Assembly (NCBI RefSeq): GCF_009914755.1
Contig: NC_060942.1
From: the human T2T-CHM13v2.0 reference genome, Homo sapiens
Strand: one strand, 5' to 3'
Length of the DNA: 64,000 nt
Below, piece by piece: positions 39,788 through 55,303 of the stretch (the first letter of the stretch is position 1; each line of letters begins with the position of its first letter). The position numbers and the translations under genes are program-made. The notes beneath the pieces were generated by a model that was not told where the DNA came from, searched no databases, and saw only the letters and a program-made list of their open reading frames with translations.

Positions 39788-40099
39788 AGCTGGGCATGGT
39801 GGCTCACGCCTGTAATCCCAGCACTTTGGGAGGCCAAGGCAGGCAGCTCGAGAGGTCAGGAGATCAAGATAATCCTGGCCAAAATGATGAAACACCATCT
39901 CTACTAAAAAAAATTACAAAAATTAATTGGGCATGGTGGCGTGTGCCTGTAATCCCAGCTACTTGGGAGGCTGAGGCAGGAGAATCACTTGAACCAGGGA
40001 GTCAGAGGTTGTAGTGAGCCGAGATGGCGCCGCTGCACTCCAGCCTGGTGACACAGCAAGACTCTGTCCCCCCACAAAAAAGAGAGAGAGAGAGAGAAA
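39788..40099 (+). mobile_element. AluSc-like with (GA)n tail
   Basis: Alu dimer; TSD agaaattatcttta. Confidence 0.94.
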
Positions 40100-40240
40100 G
40101 AAATTATCTTTAAAAATAAGGGTCCCACAATTTTTTATTTAAGAAATTATCTTGAAAAGTAAGTGATAACCCCACAATTTTTTAGTTACTCAAATAGCAT
40201 CTCTCTTGATAAACATGTATATGAACAGGTAACATTATTT

Positions 40241-40553
40241 CTTTTTCTTTTTTTTTTTTTTTTTTTTTGAGACAGAGTCTCACTCTGTCGCCCAGGCTGG
40301 AGTGCAGTGGCACGATCTCGGCTCACTGTAACCTCCGCCCTCTGAGTTCAAGCAATTCTCCTGCCTCAGCCTCCCGAGTAGCTAGGATTACAGGCACCTG
40401 CCACCACGCCCAACTAATTTTTTTTTTTGTATTTGTAGTAGAGACGGGGTTTCACCATCTTGGCCAGGCTGGTCTTGAACTCCTGATCTTGTGATCCACC
40501 CACCTCGGCCTCCCAAAGTGCTGGGATTACAGGCGTGAGCCACGCAACCGGCC
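40241..40553 (-). mobile_element. AluS (Sg/Sc-like)
   Basis: Reverse Alu; TSD aggtaacattatttct. Confidence 0.95.
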
Positions 40554-41915
40554 ATAAATAGGTAACATTATTTCTACTTTTAGAAACATTGTTGCAAAGC
40601 TTTACACTTTCAAACAGTTACTATTGAAGACAACTGCTCTCTTAAAGCTAATATCTGCTAGTCTACACTTTCTAAAATAAACAAACTAGATCTAAAGTAC
40701 AGCACAAGGACTAGAGTTAATTGTCCTGAAAAATGTTAATAGGCCTGAAAAATGATACTGATAGCTAGCAAGGCTTCCAATTTGATGAAGTTATGGTGAA
40801 GGGTGCTACTGGGGTTAATCTGCACTTATTATCCTTTTTAATAATCTAAAAAAGGGGAAATTACATTAATTTTGCAGGTAATTTTGCAAGCTGAAAGGCT
40901 AAAGGACCATGAAACAAGAAAGATAAAAACATTTAAGGTTGTTTGGAAAACTAAAGAAATTGACATAGATGAGAGGGAGAAAAAAAGATGAAGTAGGTGA
41001 ATGGTAAACGAGTATTTGTTTTCAGCTCGCATTTTGTTCTGGACACTTATCACACGTTATTTAAATGTGACAAAAGCCCACAGACAAAGATACTCTAAGT
41101 TCCATTTTTAAATGAGGAAACTGGGGCTCAGCAAAGTTAAATAACTTGCTCAAGGTGACTCAACTTGCAAAAGGCAGGGCCTGGTTTCCAGCTGAGACCT
41201 TTCTGATGCCAAAAGTCGTATCCTCTTCCAATCCACCACCCTGCTAGTGAAGAGGGACAGCTGCTTCTCTCCCTCTCTTCCTTTTGTCAAGTATGGGACC
41301 CCTGTGTCCTGCAGAAGTGAGATGAAGGCTGCTAAGCACCATGATGAATGGCACTCTGCTCTCTCTCCACCACTTGTCCAATTGTGTTTGACAGGACTTT
41401 AAGGACCATGGTATCACAAAGATTATGAACAAGTACAAGAGGGGAAAAATGAAGAGCCATGTGCCATAATCCTATAAAGCATCATCATTCCGTTTTTAAA
41501 GATAGGGAAAAGCTTGGAGAAATTACATAACTTTCCCAAGTATAGAGCTTATTAGCGTGCAGTCAGGTCTGATCAGACCCCACATTCTTCATATACTGTC
41601 TTACCTAGCACTTCTGGAAGGACTAAAGATTAAGATATACATTTTTAATAGACAAACTGAAATTTACAACAGTAATTCATCCTCACAGTGATTCTATTTT
41701 CCTCCAACACTTATTATGAAAATAGTCAAACATATAGAAAAGTCAAAAAACTCTATAATGAATACCCATAAACTCAGCTCCAAGATTTTACATTAACATT
41801 TTGCTGTATTTGTGATAATATCTCTATCCATCTATCAATCCCTCTATTCATCCATAAATGTAACTTATTTTATTAATGTATGTCAAAGTTAAGTTGCAGA
41901 AACACAGTGATTCTA

Positions 41916-42222
41916 TTTATTTATTATTATTATTTTTTAATCAAGACAGAGTCTCGCGCTGACACCCAGGCTGAAGTGCAATGTCACAATCTTGGCTCAC
42001 TGCAACTTTCATCTCCCGGGTTCAAGTAATCCTCTCATCTCAGCCTACAGAATAGCTGGGATTACAGGTGCAACACCAAGTCCAGATAATTTTAGTATTT
42101 TTAGTAGAGATGGGGTTTCACCATGTTGGCCAGGCTGGTCTCGAACCCCTGACCTCAGGTGATCCGCCTGCCTGGGCCTCCTAAAGTGCTGGGATTACAG
42201 GTGTGAGCCACCGTGGCTGGCC
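41916..42222 (-). mobile_element. AluSx
   Basis: Reverse Alu; TSD tgattctattt. Confidence 0.94.
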
Positions 42223-44862
42223 TGATTCTATTTTAAAAGGGAAAGTTTTGAATAACTCTTACCGTTAGTCTTCGAAAAAAATATTTATGTAATTATAAAT
42301 ATTAAGAATTATTCATGTAAAAGGTAGTCTCAAAACTACACAAGCTATAGTTTGAGGATTTTTCCTACCATACACAAATTCTGTCAGTGAGTAACCTTGA
42401 ATAAATTTAATCTTTAAATTTACTCCAAGCATCCATTCTGAAATAAACATAAATTAAAACAGCTGCTTAATAAAAGTTTACACTCACTTGACTGGGATAT
42501 AATTTAACAGTTTCAAAGCAAATAAGTTTTAACCACTTCATTTTTCAAAGAATAAGATTTATAGTCTCAAAAAATAGAATTCCATAATTTCAATTTTAAT
42601 ATTCTCACTTTTAAATATTTTTAAATTCTACAATTTACAACTCAGTCTCAAAAATAGATTAAATCATTAGCACCAAATAAATGGCACTTGTAGCAAGTCT
42701 CAGAAACTTATCCCAGGATTTCATCTGCAATTGATTGCTTTATTCTATATTCCTCCTTGTAAATACAAACTAATTCATTCTTCAACTATTTGTAGCATGA
42801 AAGAGGCCATCAGTCTTCCCTTCAAATCTGTTAACAAGAAAATGAGAGTAGAAGGTGGGCTTAATGATTCCCAAAGCCAATCCTGGGAACTGGTTTAAAA
42901 GTGGTTGTCAGCAAATTACAAGAAAAAAAGATAACAAAGCTGTATTTTGACATTAGATTATTTCCAATGAATATCATTTTTAAAACACCTTTTAAGAAGT
43001 CTAAAATCTGAAACCATACTTTTGTCAAAGAGCAATTAAAAATAAAATAATTTTTATTACTACTCTACAACTAAATATAGTTCTTTTGCATCATAAACAC
43101 TATTCCAAATCATCAATGTATCCCTGCAAGGAACCACTGCACAGAAACAGTAAACAGAAATTAACTATATTTTATAAGTCACAAAATGAGTTCAATCCTG
43201 AAAAGGGGGGGGAAAAAAGTCATTCTTTCTGTGAGCACGTAAAATCTCTCAAATTATTCCAAATAGAGATGAAATGAGAATATAATTATTGTTTATTAAG
43301 CAGTTTCTTTTTTGAAAGTTAGAAGTGTTTTAATTAGAAATCTGTTATTTTCACAACTATGCCTGTTTCTGATTGCCACATACTTTTTCTCTTACTGTAG
43401 TTTTTCTCTCTCAATGAGTCACCCTAGAAAAAGCCAAAACTGAAGAGAAAAATAACAATCAAGTAAAATACATTATAATTACTGCATACCATACCCATCA
43501 CAATGAATTCAACAGCTTTCTCAAAAACAGAAATTAGGAATATGAGTTTTAATCTTCAAGTTCTACTGTATGAATTTCTCTATCATAGCATTTGCCTAAA
43601 GAAATAAACACTCCTTTGGCCTTATAATTTGGCTTGGACACCCACCATTGCAAGCAAAGGAAAAAAAAAATTTTTTTGGATGGCTCATTCAAATGGAAAA
43701 ACCATATATCAGAAGTTATTGTGTAAAACCTCAGTACTTGTGGTGGAAAGTGAAGTTTGGCAGAACACATTTAATTAGATTTGACTCTTCAAAATATGAA
43801 ATAATTATAATGACATTACAGCTTTGTCTTATAACTTAAAACACAGAAGAAATTTCAAAGTCAACACTTCCTTGCTTCACCCCTTTTTTAGACATTGGAG
43901 AAAAATATATTAAAAGAAAAGTCCAAAGTGGTAAGGACAGAATCAAATGAAAAAAAATAAAATAAAATAAATGTTACAACTTATTTCACCTCATGGTATC
44001 AAATTTTCAACATATTTCTTTCATCATCTACCTGAATCTCTATTATATATTTATTGTATACATTATTATATGTATGTTATATTACAATATATAAACAGTG
44101 TATATACCAAACATCTGATAATTTTCATAATTTATTTACATTAAAAATCTGAATAAACTTGGAAATCATAAGGCCTTTATTTTTCAGTATTTTTAAAACA
44201 AAAGTTATATTTTAAATATTACCAGGTAATAATATCTGATACTAATAGTGACCATTTATTGTATACTTCCAAGATACCAGTCTTTTTCCTACACATTTGC
44301 TCATTTGATCTCAGCAGCCCCACAAAGGAAGGTATTATTCTCATTTTATTGTGAGGAATTTAAGTTATTGAAAGGTTAATAGCCCAAGAACACTCAGTTA
44401 ATAAATAGCAGGTCTGGCATTCAATTCCAGGTCTACCTAACACAAACATCTACAGTCCAGTACGTCCCTCTTCTGTAATACCAAATTATTGTAACCCATA
44501 GCTAGATCCTCCAAAGGACAATGTAAGTGGTGGCCCTCAAAATTAGAAAAGAGAATAACGTGTTTCAATCACAGAATTGTTTTCTGAGGGGCTCCTTACA
44601 CATTTTGGCCTGTTTTGTTTTGTTTTTTGTTTTTTAAAAAACAAAAACAAAACATAACAAAAAAACAAGTTAGCAGGGTTAGAATGGGTAGTGAGTGATC
44701 CACTTTGGCCACAGTCCTCACCAACACCACTAAGCAGAGCTGTGGTTTAAGATAATGACTAGAGCTGAAAGGTACCTTAGATGCCAACATGCAGAAGAGA
44801 TCAGTAGCCTTCCAAATTGAGAATTTCAGTGAGGAGCATTCCAGCACAAGCTACTTAATACC

Positions 44863-45227
44863 TGGTATGGACTGAATTTTTGTGTCACCCTCAAAATTCC
44901 TATCTTGAAGCCACAGGTCTCAATGTGAAGGGATTAGAAGGTGGAGCTTTGGAAGGTGATTAGGCTTAGATGAGATCGTGAGAGTGGAGCCCCCATGATG
45001 GGCTTAGTGCCCTCAAAAGAAAAGACCAGAGCTTCCTTTCTCTGCCCTGTGAGGACACAGCAAGAAGGTGGACATCTGCAAGTCAGGAATAGGGTTCTAC
45101 ACCAAGAAGTGAATCTCCTGGCACCTGGATCTCTGACTTCCCAGCCTCCAGAACTGTGAGAAATACATTTCTGTTGTTCAAGACACCCAGCCTACGGTAT
45201 TTTGTTACATTAGCCCAAGCTAAGACA
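44863..45227 (+). mobile_element. MLT1A0-like MaLR solo LTR
   Basis: TG...CA ends; 5-bp TSD atacc/atact; gacttcccagcctccagaactgtgaga. Confidence 0.88.
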
Positions 45228-45316
45228 ATACTTTACCATCTAACATCCTGTCCCATAACATAACAAATTATGGAAGTAAGGGTCTTCAGTCATTTGCTTT
45301 ATAAAACATCTTTAAC

Positions 45317-45588
45317 GGATGGGCATGATGGCTGATGCCTGTAATTCCAGCGCCAAGGCGGGCAGATCACTTGAGGTCAGGAGTTCAAGACCAGCCTGGC
45401 CAACATGGTGAAATCATGTCTCAAGTAAAAACATAAAAAATTAGGAATGGTGGCAGGTGCCTATAATCCCAGCTACTCAGGCAGCTGAGGCACGACAATC
45501 GCTTGAGCCTGGGAGGCGGAGGTTGCAGTGAGCTTACATCATGTCACTGCACTCCAGCCTGAGTGACAGAGCCAGATAGGCTCTGTCT

Positions 45589-45623
<35 letters not shown>
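45317..45623 (+). mobile_element. AluSx with small indels and long poly(A)
   Basis: Alu dimer; TSD atctttaac. Confidence 0.93.
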
Positions 45624-45627
<4 letters not shown>

Positions 45628-47477
45628 TAACACGGCAGGGTGATGTGCTCGTAGATTAAAGAAAGAATTAACTATTAACTGCCGTACTGACTATACTTAA
45701 GGCTACCCATAATACTGATATCATTGATTAGTTTGAAACATTTGAAATATTTATTGTAATTCCAGTTGAGTCTGCATCAAATATTTTCTTTATGAAAATC
45801 TTTAATTGGCAAATTTTATAAACAAACTGTCAAGGCAAATATAATAACCTTTTAGATAAATTAGTCAATAAGAAATGGTACCATAGTGATTGTTGTCAAG
45901 GCAAGTTCACTTAGGAAGCAAGGAGAAATCTCTTGTGGGCAATATCTGTTTAACAATCAAATTTTCCTTTTTTAACTGTTATTGGCCAAATTTTGCACCA
46001 CATAAAATGAAAAGCCAGTTGGAGAAAACATGGCTGGCATATTCACTTTTGTCAGTTTTTCAAAAATATTTTTAACATAAATTTCAAATTTGAGCAGACC
46101 AAAAAGATTCAAAGTTCTTAAATTTTTAAATTGTCTTATATAAATTTGTCCAGGATTTTCTGATCATTAGCTGTTGTTCTAATTAAATTTATTTTCTTTC
46201 TTTCTATTTTAACTAATAAGCACCAGCACAGCTTCAGGGCAGAAAACAAAAACAGTTATTTACATGGGAATAGATGTTGTATAATTTTCTATTTTGTATA
46301 TAATATCTCACTTATTCCTCACAATAACTCTGTTCAAATGGTCTCATATTTATCAGCATTACACATAAGGTAATGAGATTTTAAATGCTGGAGAACTTGG
46401 TAAGGTCATGCTGAGCTATGACTCTATCCCAAATCTTCTGATTCTGATTATCAGGCTCTAGAACCCACCCTTAGCCACCAGGATGTCCAGGAGTGGGAGA
46501 TGAGAAAAGGCATCTGAGAGGTCCCGGGATAATAATAATCCAGGGTGAGATATTGGGGGGATTTGAACCCCTAAGAGGCTCCCAGGCACCTCCCACCACC
46601 AGGTGTACTACTAGCTCCAGTTTTGCAAAGATTCCTGTGGGTAAGTCCTAAAACACAGGGGAAACTATAGGAATCCTTGTTCCTTATTAACTCTAAAGTC
46701 TGCTGCCTGGAAAACCCAGGCGACTGACCTCACAGCAAATCCTTACCAGGCTTCCAGCAAATGAAATCTATTCTATAAAAAACAGTCAAAAAATCCCTAG
46801 TTACATTCACTTTTGTTGTTATTTTACACGTGACAGCTACAGAAACACTCTGCTCTCCACACAAGAATTAAAATGTGCTACTCCTCTCTCAATATGGTAC
46901 CAAGGACACAATCCTGAAGAAAAGCAAAAAGCCCCAAAATATAGGTTTAATGATCATCTGCAGCTGAAAATAAGAGCAAATCTTGGCTGTAATTATGGGC
47001 CACACACCTAACAAAATTGAATCTCACTGAGCTACACAGAGAGCCATACCTTTATATATAAAGTTTGAAAAAGGAAGATAGCACATAAAAACTACAGATC
47101 TGGAAAAGGCTTAGATGATAAAATAGGCAAAAAATTTATTAATAACTGATATTAGCACCAAAAGAGTTAGTGTGCATTTAGATTTATTTTTTTAAACGTA
47201 GAGTCCAGAATCAGGGAAGTTAGAGTTCCAATTTATTTATTCCATGTTAGAGTACTGCACTCATTGTCAGATTTATCCTGAAAACTGGACCTCATCAGCA
47301 ACAGAGCACACTAAGAACAGAAACCAAGGGAATACACGAGGAGGGGTCCATTAAATCCACCATAAGCTGCCTCGAAACAACACATTTCCTCAGTAGTTAG
47401 TAGTACTGGCTCAACCACATGCCATGAAAGGCCCACAGCAGAAGAGATTCAGGAACTGGAAAGGAGGATGCATTCAT

Positions 47478-47635
47478 CAGCGGTGCTGAAATGACTCGGA
47501 TACATCAGAATCACCTAGAATAATTACTGAAGGTGCGAATTACCAGGTCCCACCTCATGTCTAATGAATCAGAAACTCCAAGTTCTAACTACAACACATA
47601 TTTTTTTTTAAGTATGCCAGGTGGTTCTGGAATTC
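47478..47635. mobile_element. MER5A-like hAT element
   Basis: catcagaatcacctag ... tgaatcagaaactc ... ccaggtggttctg. Confidence 0.6.
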
Positions 47636-48444
47636 TATGATTCAGTAAAAAGTTCATTTAAAAATACCAAATTAATTAAAACTGCAACACCCTCTTCTAA
47701 TTAGTAAAGTAATATATCAATTAATTCTTTTTCCATTTTGTCAGCATATTAGAAGAATAGTTAAACTAAACAGAAAGGAAACAATTTTTTCTTGTACTGG
47801 AAAATTACTAATACAGCTTTGCTTGCACCTAGCATAGATATAACACAAGATAAATATATTAATATATAATTCATTCTAACCACTTCCAGTGACTGAAGTA
47901 AACCACACTTGACACATTTGAAAAGCTTAAAAAAAAAAAACCTAAAATCTATAAGTTAATTTCTATTACACTAATTTTAAAAACTTACTAGTGGTAATTA
48001 AAAGGTATTAGTAATTCTTCCAGTTATTTATTACATTCTGATTGAATGCCAACCAAGCACTCACTGAGTACTGCAGTGCCAATAATAAACAGAAGGAAGA
48101 GAGGTGGATCCTGCCTCATGGGGCTTTTAGTGTAAGATAGATAAATTGATAGCAGAGTGGTTACAAGAATACCTAATTGTAAAAATTCAACTTAAGTGAA
48201 ATACAAATAACGCTATACTCAATAAAGGAGACTTTAAAATACAGAGGAAAATATCCATTTTCTTATTTTTATTGACGTAGAAGCAAATGGCTTTTAAGGA
48301 CAGTTGGATGCTAAATTTACTGAAGCTGGTAAGTATACTGTGGTAGCATAAGCCATATCCTCTTTCAGGAAATACACATTAAAGTATTTAGGAGTAAAGG
48401 GATATTACGATGCATGTAACTTATCCTCAAATGATTTTAAAAAA

Positions 48445-48446
<2 letters not shown>

Positions 48447-48487
<41 letters not shown>
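48447..48487. repeat. (GT)n microsatellite, about 20 units
   Basis: Read directly. Confidence 0.95.
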
Positions 48488-48488
<1 letters not shown>

Positions 48489-48755
48489 TGGGGGGAGAGA
48501 AAGAGAAAGGGGGAGAGAGAGAGAAGAAAGTACAGAATGAGACAGAAGAGGAGAAAAAACACAACAAATGGGATAAAATGTTAACAATAAATCAATCTGG
48601 ATAAAGTTACATATAGTTTTTTGTGATATTTTTATTTTGGGGACTTTTCTATATGTGTGAACTTATTTCAAAATAAAATTTTTTTTTAAGTAGGAGAATG
48701 CAGATAAATGGGAAAAAAAGATTGTTGATCATTCTTGAGCAGGGGTTGTGGGTAG

Positions 48756-49166
<411 letters not shown>

Positions 49167-49896
49167 TAAATGAAATCAGGTATGTAAAGTAGCTACCACA
49201 GTGCCTGGCAAACAGAAGGCATTCAGCAAATGACAGACATCATTCTTACAACTGAGTTCACATCTATCTTGAGTATGAGCTTTTGGCATTTAATTGCACA
49301 CCAGTATTCACTACAGTCCACAGATGTTGGATGGCGCTCTGCTGGATACTGCAGGGGACACCCACACAAGTCAAGGAGCTTATGCCCTCAGGACTTGGGT
49401 GATCACAAGAACAAAAGGCAAAAACAGCAAAGGCTCAGGGGTCTGATGAACTGAGCTTAAATTAACGAGCCAACATCATCTATTTCCTATGTAATCTTAG
49501 ACAAAATAACATACTAACCAGGAAAATCTCTTCATCCATCATTAAAAAATTAAAACCAACTATTTCTGATAGATGAGCCTATTATGAGAATAAATGAGAT
49601 GCTCAAAACGTGGCACTGTAAACTCATATTATATAAACATTAGTTCTCATTTTATTGTATGTGGAGCCAACACAGGGAGAATGATGCATGTACATAAGTT
49701 ACTACAAAGCAGAGTGGTATAGTGGTAAAGCGTTAGAGGAAAAGATCGCATCTAGCCAGGAGAGCAAAGGAAGTTCTTCATGGAGAAGGTGGAACTCAAG
49801 ACGGTCCTTAATGGATGAATGGGCAGAAAATAAAGAGCCAGAGAGAGAAGTAAGGAGGACTCCAAGCAACTGTTCTATCCTAGTGAAGGCATGAAA

Positions 49897-50890
49897 AAAG
49901 AGAGCATCTGCACAGCAAAAGAAACTACCATCAGAGTGAACAGACAACCTACAGAATGGGAGAAAATTTTTGTAGTCTACTCATCTGACAAAGGGCTAAT
50001 ATCCACAATCTACAAAGAACTTAAACAAATTTACAAGAAAAAAAATCAAACAACCCCATCAAAAAGTGGGCAAAGGATATGAATAGACACTTCTCAAAAG
50101 ACATTTATGCAGCCAACAGACACATGAAAAAATGCTTATCATCACTGGTCAGCAGAGAAATGCAAATCAAAACCACAATGAGATACCATGTCATACCAGT
50201 TAGAATGGCAATCATTGAAAAGTCAGGAAACAACAGGTGCTGGAGAGGATGTGGAGAAATAGGAACACTTTTACACTGTTGGTGGGACTGTAAACTAGTT
50301 CAACCATTGTGGAAGACAGTGTGGCGATTCCTCAGGGTTCTAGAACTAGAAACAACATTTGACCCAGCCATCCCATTACTGGATATATACCCAAAGGATT
50401 ATAAATCATGCTACTATAAAGACACACACACACATATGTTTATTGTGGCAACTATTCACAATAGCAAAGACTTGGAACTAACCCAAATGTCCATCAGTGA
50501 TAGACTGGATTAAGAAAATGTGGCACATATACACCATGGAATACTCTGCAGCCATAAAAAAGGATGAGTTCATGTCCTTTGCAGGGACATGGATGAAGCT
50601 GGAAACCATCATTCTGAGCAAACTATTTCAAGGACAGAAAACCAAACACCGCATGTTCTCACTCATAGCTGGGAACTGAATAATGAGAACTCTTGGACAC
50701 AGGGCAGGGAACATCACACACTGGGGCCTGTTGTGGGGTGGGGGGGAGGGGGGAGGGATAGCATTAGGAGAAATACCTAATGTAAATGACGAGTTAACAG
50801 GTGCAGCAAACCAACATGGCACATATATACATATGTAACAAACCTGCACGTTGTGCACATGTACCCTAGAAAAAGTATAATTTAAAAAAA
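49897..50890 (+). mobile_element. 5'-truncated L1PA (about L1PA5-7), frameshifted ORF2 3' end
   Basis: ORFs at 49891, 50079 and 50497 are consecutive ORF2p pieces, followed by 3'UTR and short poly(A). Confidence 0.95.
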
Positions 50891-53313
50891 GAAGAAAGCA
50901 AAAGGAGAGTATCAGGGTGCAACAAAGTAACAGACTCTTTCACAGAGTCTCAGAAACAAACAAAAGGATAACCAAAAACACATCTGTAAAAGTAAATGAG
51001 AAGAAACTGCAGAAGGCCTTGCCTGACTCATAGGAGGGTCCAAGCAAGTGGTTCACTACTCATCCAGCCGCAGTTCCAGTACAAGGATTCTCCTCCTGCC
51101 CTGTCAGTGACAACAAATTTCACTCCGGAACTGTAAGGTTTTCTACAACAAGGCACTCTGTTTCAAAGGAAATAATGTAAGCAACACATACAATGCACAC
51201 ACTGCTATGAAAAGAAATGCTTGCTATATCCAGGAAAACTTCAATCCCAACAAAAATGAATATAATCCAAATGAGTTTATAATTTACATTTGGCTTTGGA
51301 ATATAATTTTTTTCAGTGAGGAACTTCCAAATCATATTTTCTCAAGCCAATAGTAAAGTAAGAGAATTCTTTAACTACCAACCAAAAGATCATCAGAAGT
51401 GATCACACAACTTAAGTCAAATCCTGGCAACTTGATTGACTTTCCTGGAATGTGGATTAACTTAAAATTACATGACTGTGATCGTTTTTACATTTCATTT
51501 TGCCCAGAGAACGTAGCTGTGCTTTTTAGGAGAATGTCCTTTTGTTGTTTTTTTATAATCCTTTGAGTCACACATATCATGAAATAATGAATCCATAATT
51601 ACTCCATCTTGATTTATACTTTTACATGAATAGTTTTATAAAGATTTAGGAAGAAAGCTGTGTAAAATGTCTTGTGACTATATAGCACACTAAAAACCAT
51701 AAATCTATTTTAATGCACTTAACTGAATATTAAATTTTAAAACCGTGAGAAAAAAAAGACCATAGAAAATTATGTAGTAATAATCTCAGAAATCACCATC
51801 TCAACCCACCTTCTAATTAGATAGACAAGGAAACTGAGAGCTAGGAAAATTAAGGGGCTTCCTTCCTGCTATCTAGTTAGGAAAAGATCTAAAGTTAAAT
51901 TCATGTTTTTTGGCACCTGGCACACTAATGATACCACATGCAATACTGGGTTCCCTTTGATATGATACATAACTGAAAGAAAACCCAAAAACCATACACA
52001 AATCCATGTTTACTTTTTTAAAAAACTGCCAAGTATTGCCATTGTTTTGAAGAAAGCACTTACAGGCTTATACTATCTCTGCCACCCCAAAAAAACCTCT
52101 AACCATATTGGAATATTGGGAAATATTCAGCTTTTAAATACTTATACCAGTTTAATGATTTTTAAAAAAGAAAACAGTAATAGATCAATTAAGCCTTCCA
52201 ATGGGACACAAAAAGCCCCTGAAATAATGAGGAAACTGGATAGGAGTAACTCAAAGAATCTATGCAGGTGTGGCACTCTTGGCAGGCTGCTCAGCACCAA
52301 AGGCAGAAGTGATCACAAGTGTGACTCAATTCATAATATTAAAAGAAATCAAAGGAAGGCAAATCTAAGAAAGTCTGGTTCACTGATTTCTGTCAATTAA
52401 CAGACCAAGTCTACTGCTTTTTGAAGAGGTCTCTGAATCCAAAGAAGCTCCCAACACTAGTAAGTTATCACAGTGCTACCTTTTCATATCAAACTGATGT
52501 CCAGCTGGAGTGTAGAGCACGCCACAGCCATAATGCAGCTGTGGAAATGTGTTCCATTTGACTCTGTCCTGCGTGATTAAGGAGAGGACATGCTGCAGGT
52601 TTGGGAGGAGTAAGGAACTCCCAGGCCGACCTCACAAGTACCAAAGTGTCGCTCTAGGAAGTTTCATTTATATAACTTCACATGACCCAGGCCCTCCACC
52701 AGAACTACTCTCTTACTTCTAGTGTCTGTAGTCTGAATACTGTGAAGTGAAGCAGAAATGAGGACTTATTGTAAGGTAGGGAAGAGCTTTCTTCACTTAA
52801 GAAATCTGCACCCAATCAAACAAAACTCAAGTTTGTGCCATTTCACAGCTTATTACAAAATTCTGCAAAATATTCAGTTGTCACTGAAGAAAGCACTTAG
52901 TGTAATAGGAAAACTGCACCTAATTAGTCACATGAAATCCTAACCAAAATATACCCTAAAATAACCTAAAATAGATTTCCTCTTATAATACAAGTAGTGT
53001 TATAAGTTTTCAAATGCTTAATTTTATTTTTACTATACAGCTACAATTCATGCAATACGCATATTTATGTGTAAACATTCTTCCTGAAAAACGATGTTTT
53101 GTAGGTAATCCATTCATTATTTGCATACATTTTACATAAATCACCGCACAAAACAGAAAGATTAATATTTTAATTACTTTGTTTTCACATTGAACCAGCT
53201 GCACAAATTCAATGTAACTATTAATGGTGGCAGCCAAGCAAACAGAATTTCTTATGCCTAAATAGATAAAATTTATGTGCACCAAAGAATTGAAAAAATC
53301 TGATAAAACTTAC

Positions 53314-53456
53314 TTGCTACTCCTGATGCAAGTCCATAAAGCAGTCCTCCCCCATCCGACTGCTGAGGGAAAACATGGGCCCCTGGAGGAGGTGGCTTTT
53401 CTTGTCTGATAAAGTTATATAATAAGGTCTTCACAAGTTTGCTGGTGTATGGAAGA
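53314..53456 (-). CDS. DYM: Dymeclin coding exon (probably exon 8), 143 nt, phase 2-1
   Basis: Acceptor ttttgtatag|TCTTCC, donor GCAA|gtaagt; encodes (C)[47 protein letters not shown]. Confidence 0.97.
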
Positions 53457-53696
53457 CTATACAAAAAGGAAAAAAAAATCAAACTCATATTTATGGGAGT
53501 CATCTAATTCTGAATAACAATACAGAAATAATTCTGCCATTAACACTATCTGTTAATACAAAAGGGCTATTGGCACAACTCACAGAAATTGAGCACTGCA
53601 CACAACAGTGAAGACCATGGGCTTTGAGAGCAATTTTGAGGCTTAATCCTTGCTTTTCCTCTTATCACATCATAAGATATTGATCAAATTACTTAA

Positions 53697-53855
<159 letters not shown>

Positions 53856-55177
53856 TGAACTCTTGAACTCCAGTTACTTTATCTACATTCGGTATAACAC
53901 TGTGAGCTATTATAAATTTAGTGCATAACACATTATCTGGCAATTGAAGGGAAGTAGTAATAAAGAATCAGTAGAAAAAAGCAAGAATTTAAAAATAACA
54001 ATAGGACTACACTTTTTAAGTATGAAATTATTCAATTATTCAATTGGTATTAAACTAATTCCTGCAATCTAGAGTAAACTTTTTAACAGATTCTTTAATG
54101 TACTATTGAGCTTTTTAAATATGGTTTCCAAGATGAACCCCAAAAATAAGTAAAGAACATATTACGGTTTAAATATGTGGCACCATAATGATACTATAAA
54201 AACCTTACTTAGAAAATAAGAACACTAACACCCTCTATGTCTATTTTTAAAAAGCAACTTGAATACTCTGGCACTATAAGGGATGAAGTTCACAATCTTG
54301 TTTCAGCAAAGATGCACACAGTCCCACGATGCCAGCACTACTTCAAACCACGGTCATTCTGAGTGTCATTCTGAGTGTCTCTGTCAGAGAGGGTTCCAAT
54401 GCAAACCTCTGACTCCAAAGCCCAGATCCTTTCCCTCAGTGATTTTCAAATATGTTCAAAGAACATACATGCCACAGGAATAATCAGGGTAGCAAAAAGA
54501 ATATGAAGAAGACAAAGCTCCCCACTATCTGAGAACTTTCCTCAAAGGTACTTTATTTGGATTTGTTTTACATTTTTAAAGTTTTGTGAAGACTATGTTA
54601 ATACAAGGTCAGGTATGTGCATATGTGTTGGTCATTTGCATCCACACCCTCTAGGAGATCGTAAGCTTCTGCTCAAGAGCATAGCCCCACAGTCTAACAT
54701 GCCTGGCACATGGATAGCACACAGCAAATATTTGCAGGCTCAAAGAAGTAGGAATAGTCAGCGAAGAGGCTGCTGGAGAAGTCCAAAGAGAGTAAGGGGG
54801 CATAGATCACAGGTGTTTCAAAGGGACTGCTGAGAAGAGGAAGATACAAAAATAATCTGAATAACAAATATGACTTGACTGCTTAAACATAGACAGAATG
54901 AAGGAGATGGAAGAAAAAGATGATTTCAAAGTTTCAATTCTACGAAGCAACCACTGGAGAAGGTAATGAAGCTACGGGACAGGAAGAACAGGGAGGATGG
55001 GTAGATGGCACAGGAAAGTAGAATGCGGTTCCCTATGCACTGGGTTTAAAGAGACAATAGAACAACTAGAGGAAATACCTGGTTGGAGATATGGGACGAT
55101 ACTCAGGTAAAAGGACAAGACTAGAAATATAGATTTATACAATGAAAAAACTAGACATACTTAAAGTAGAAACATAC

Positions 55178-55303
55178 CATGGACCTCGCATCAAATACTT
55201 GTGGCTGATGCTCTGTCGCAAAACTTCTTTGTGGAAGAGTTGGCAGGAAAGGAAAACAACCATTGTTGATATAGCTTCTACTGATATTTCATATGTAATA
55301 TCT
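55178..55303 (-). CDS. DYM: Dymeclin coding exon (probably exon 7), 126 nt, phase 2-2
   Basis: Acceptor ccattttag|AGATATT, donor CCATG|gtatgt; encodes DITYEISVEAISTMVVFLSCQLFHKEVLRQSISHKYLMRGP. Confidence 0.96.

Noticed and set aside
54353-54379. 12-bp direct duplication (also a 9-bp one near 11924)
   Set aside because: Ordinary slippage micro-duplications
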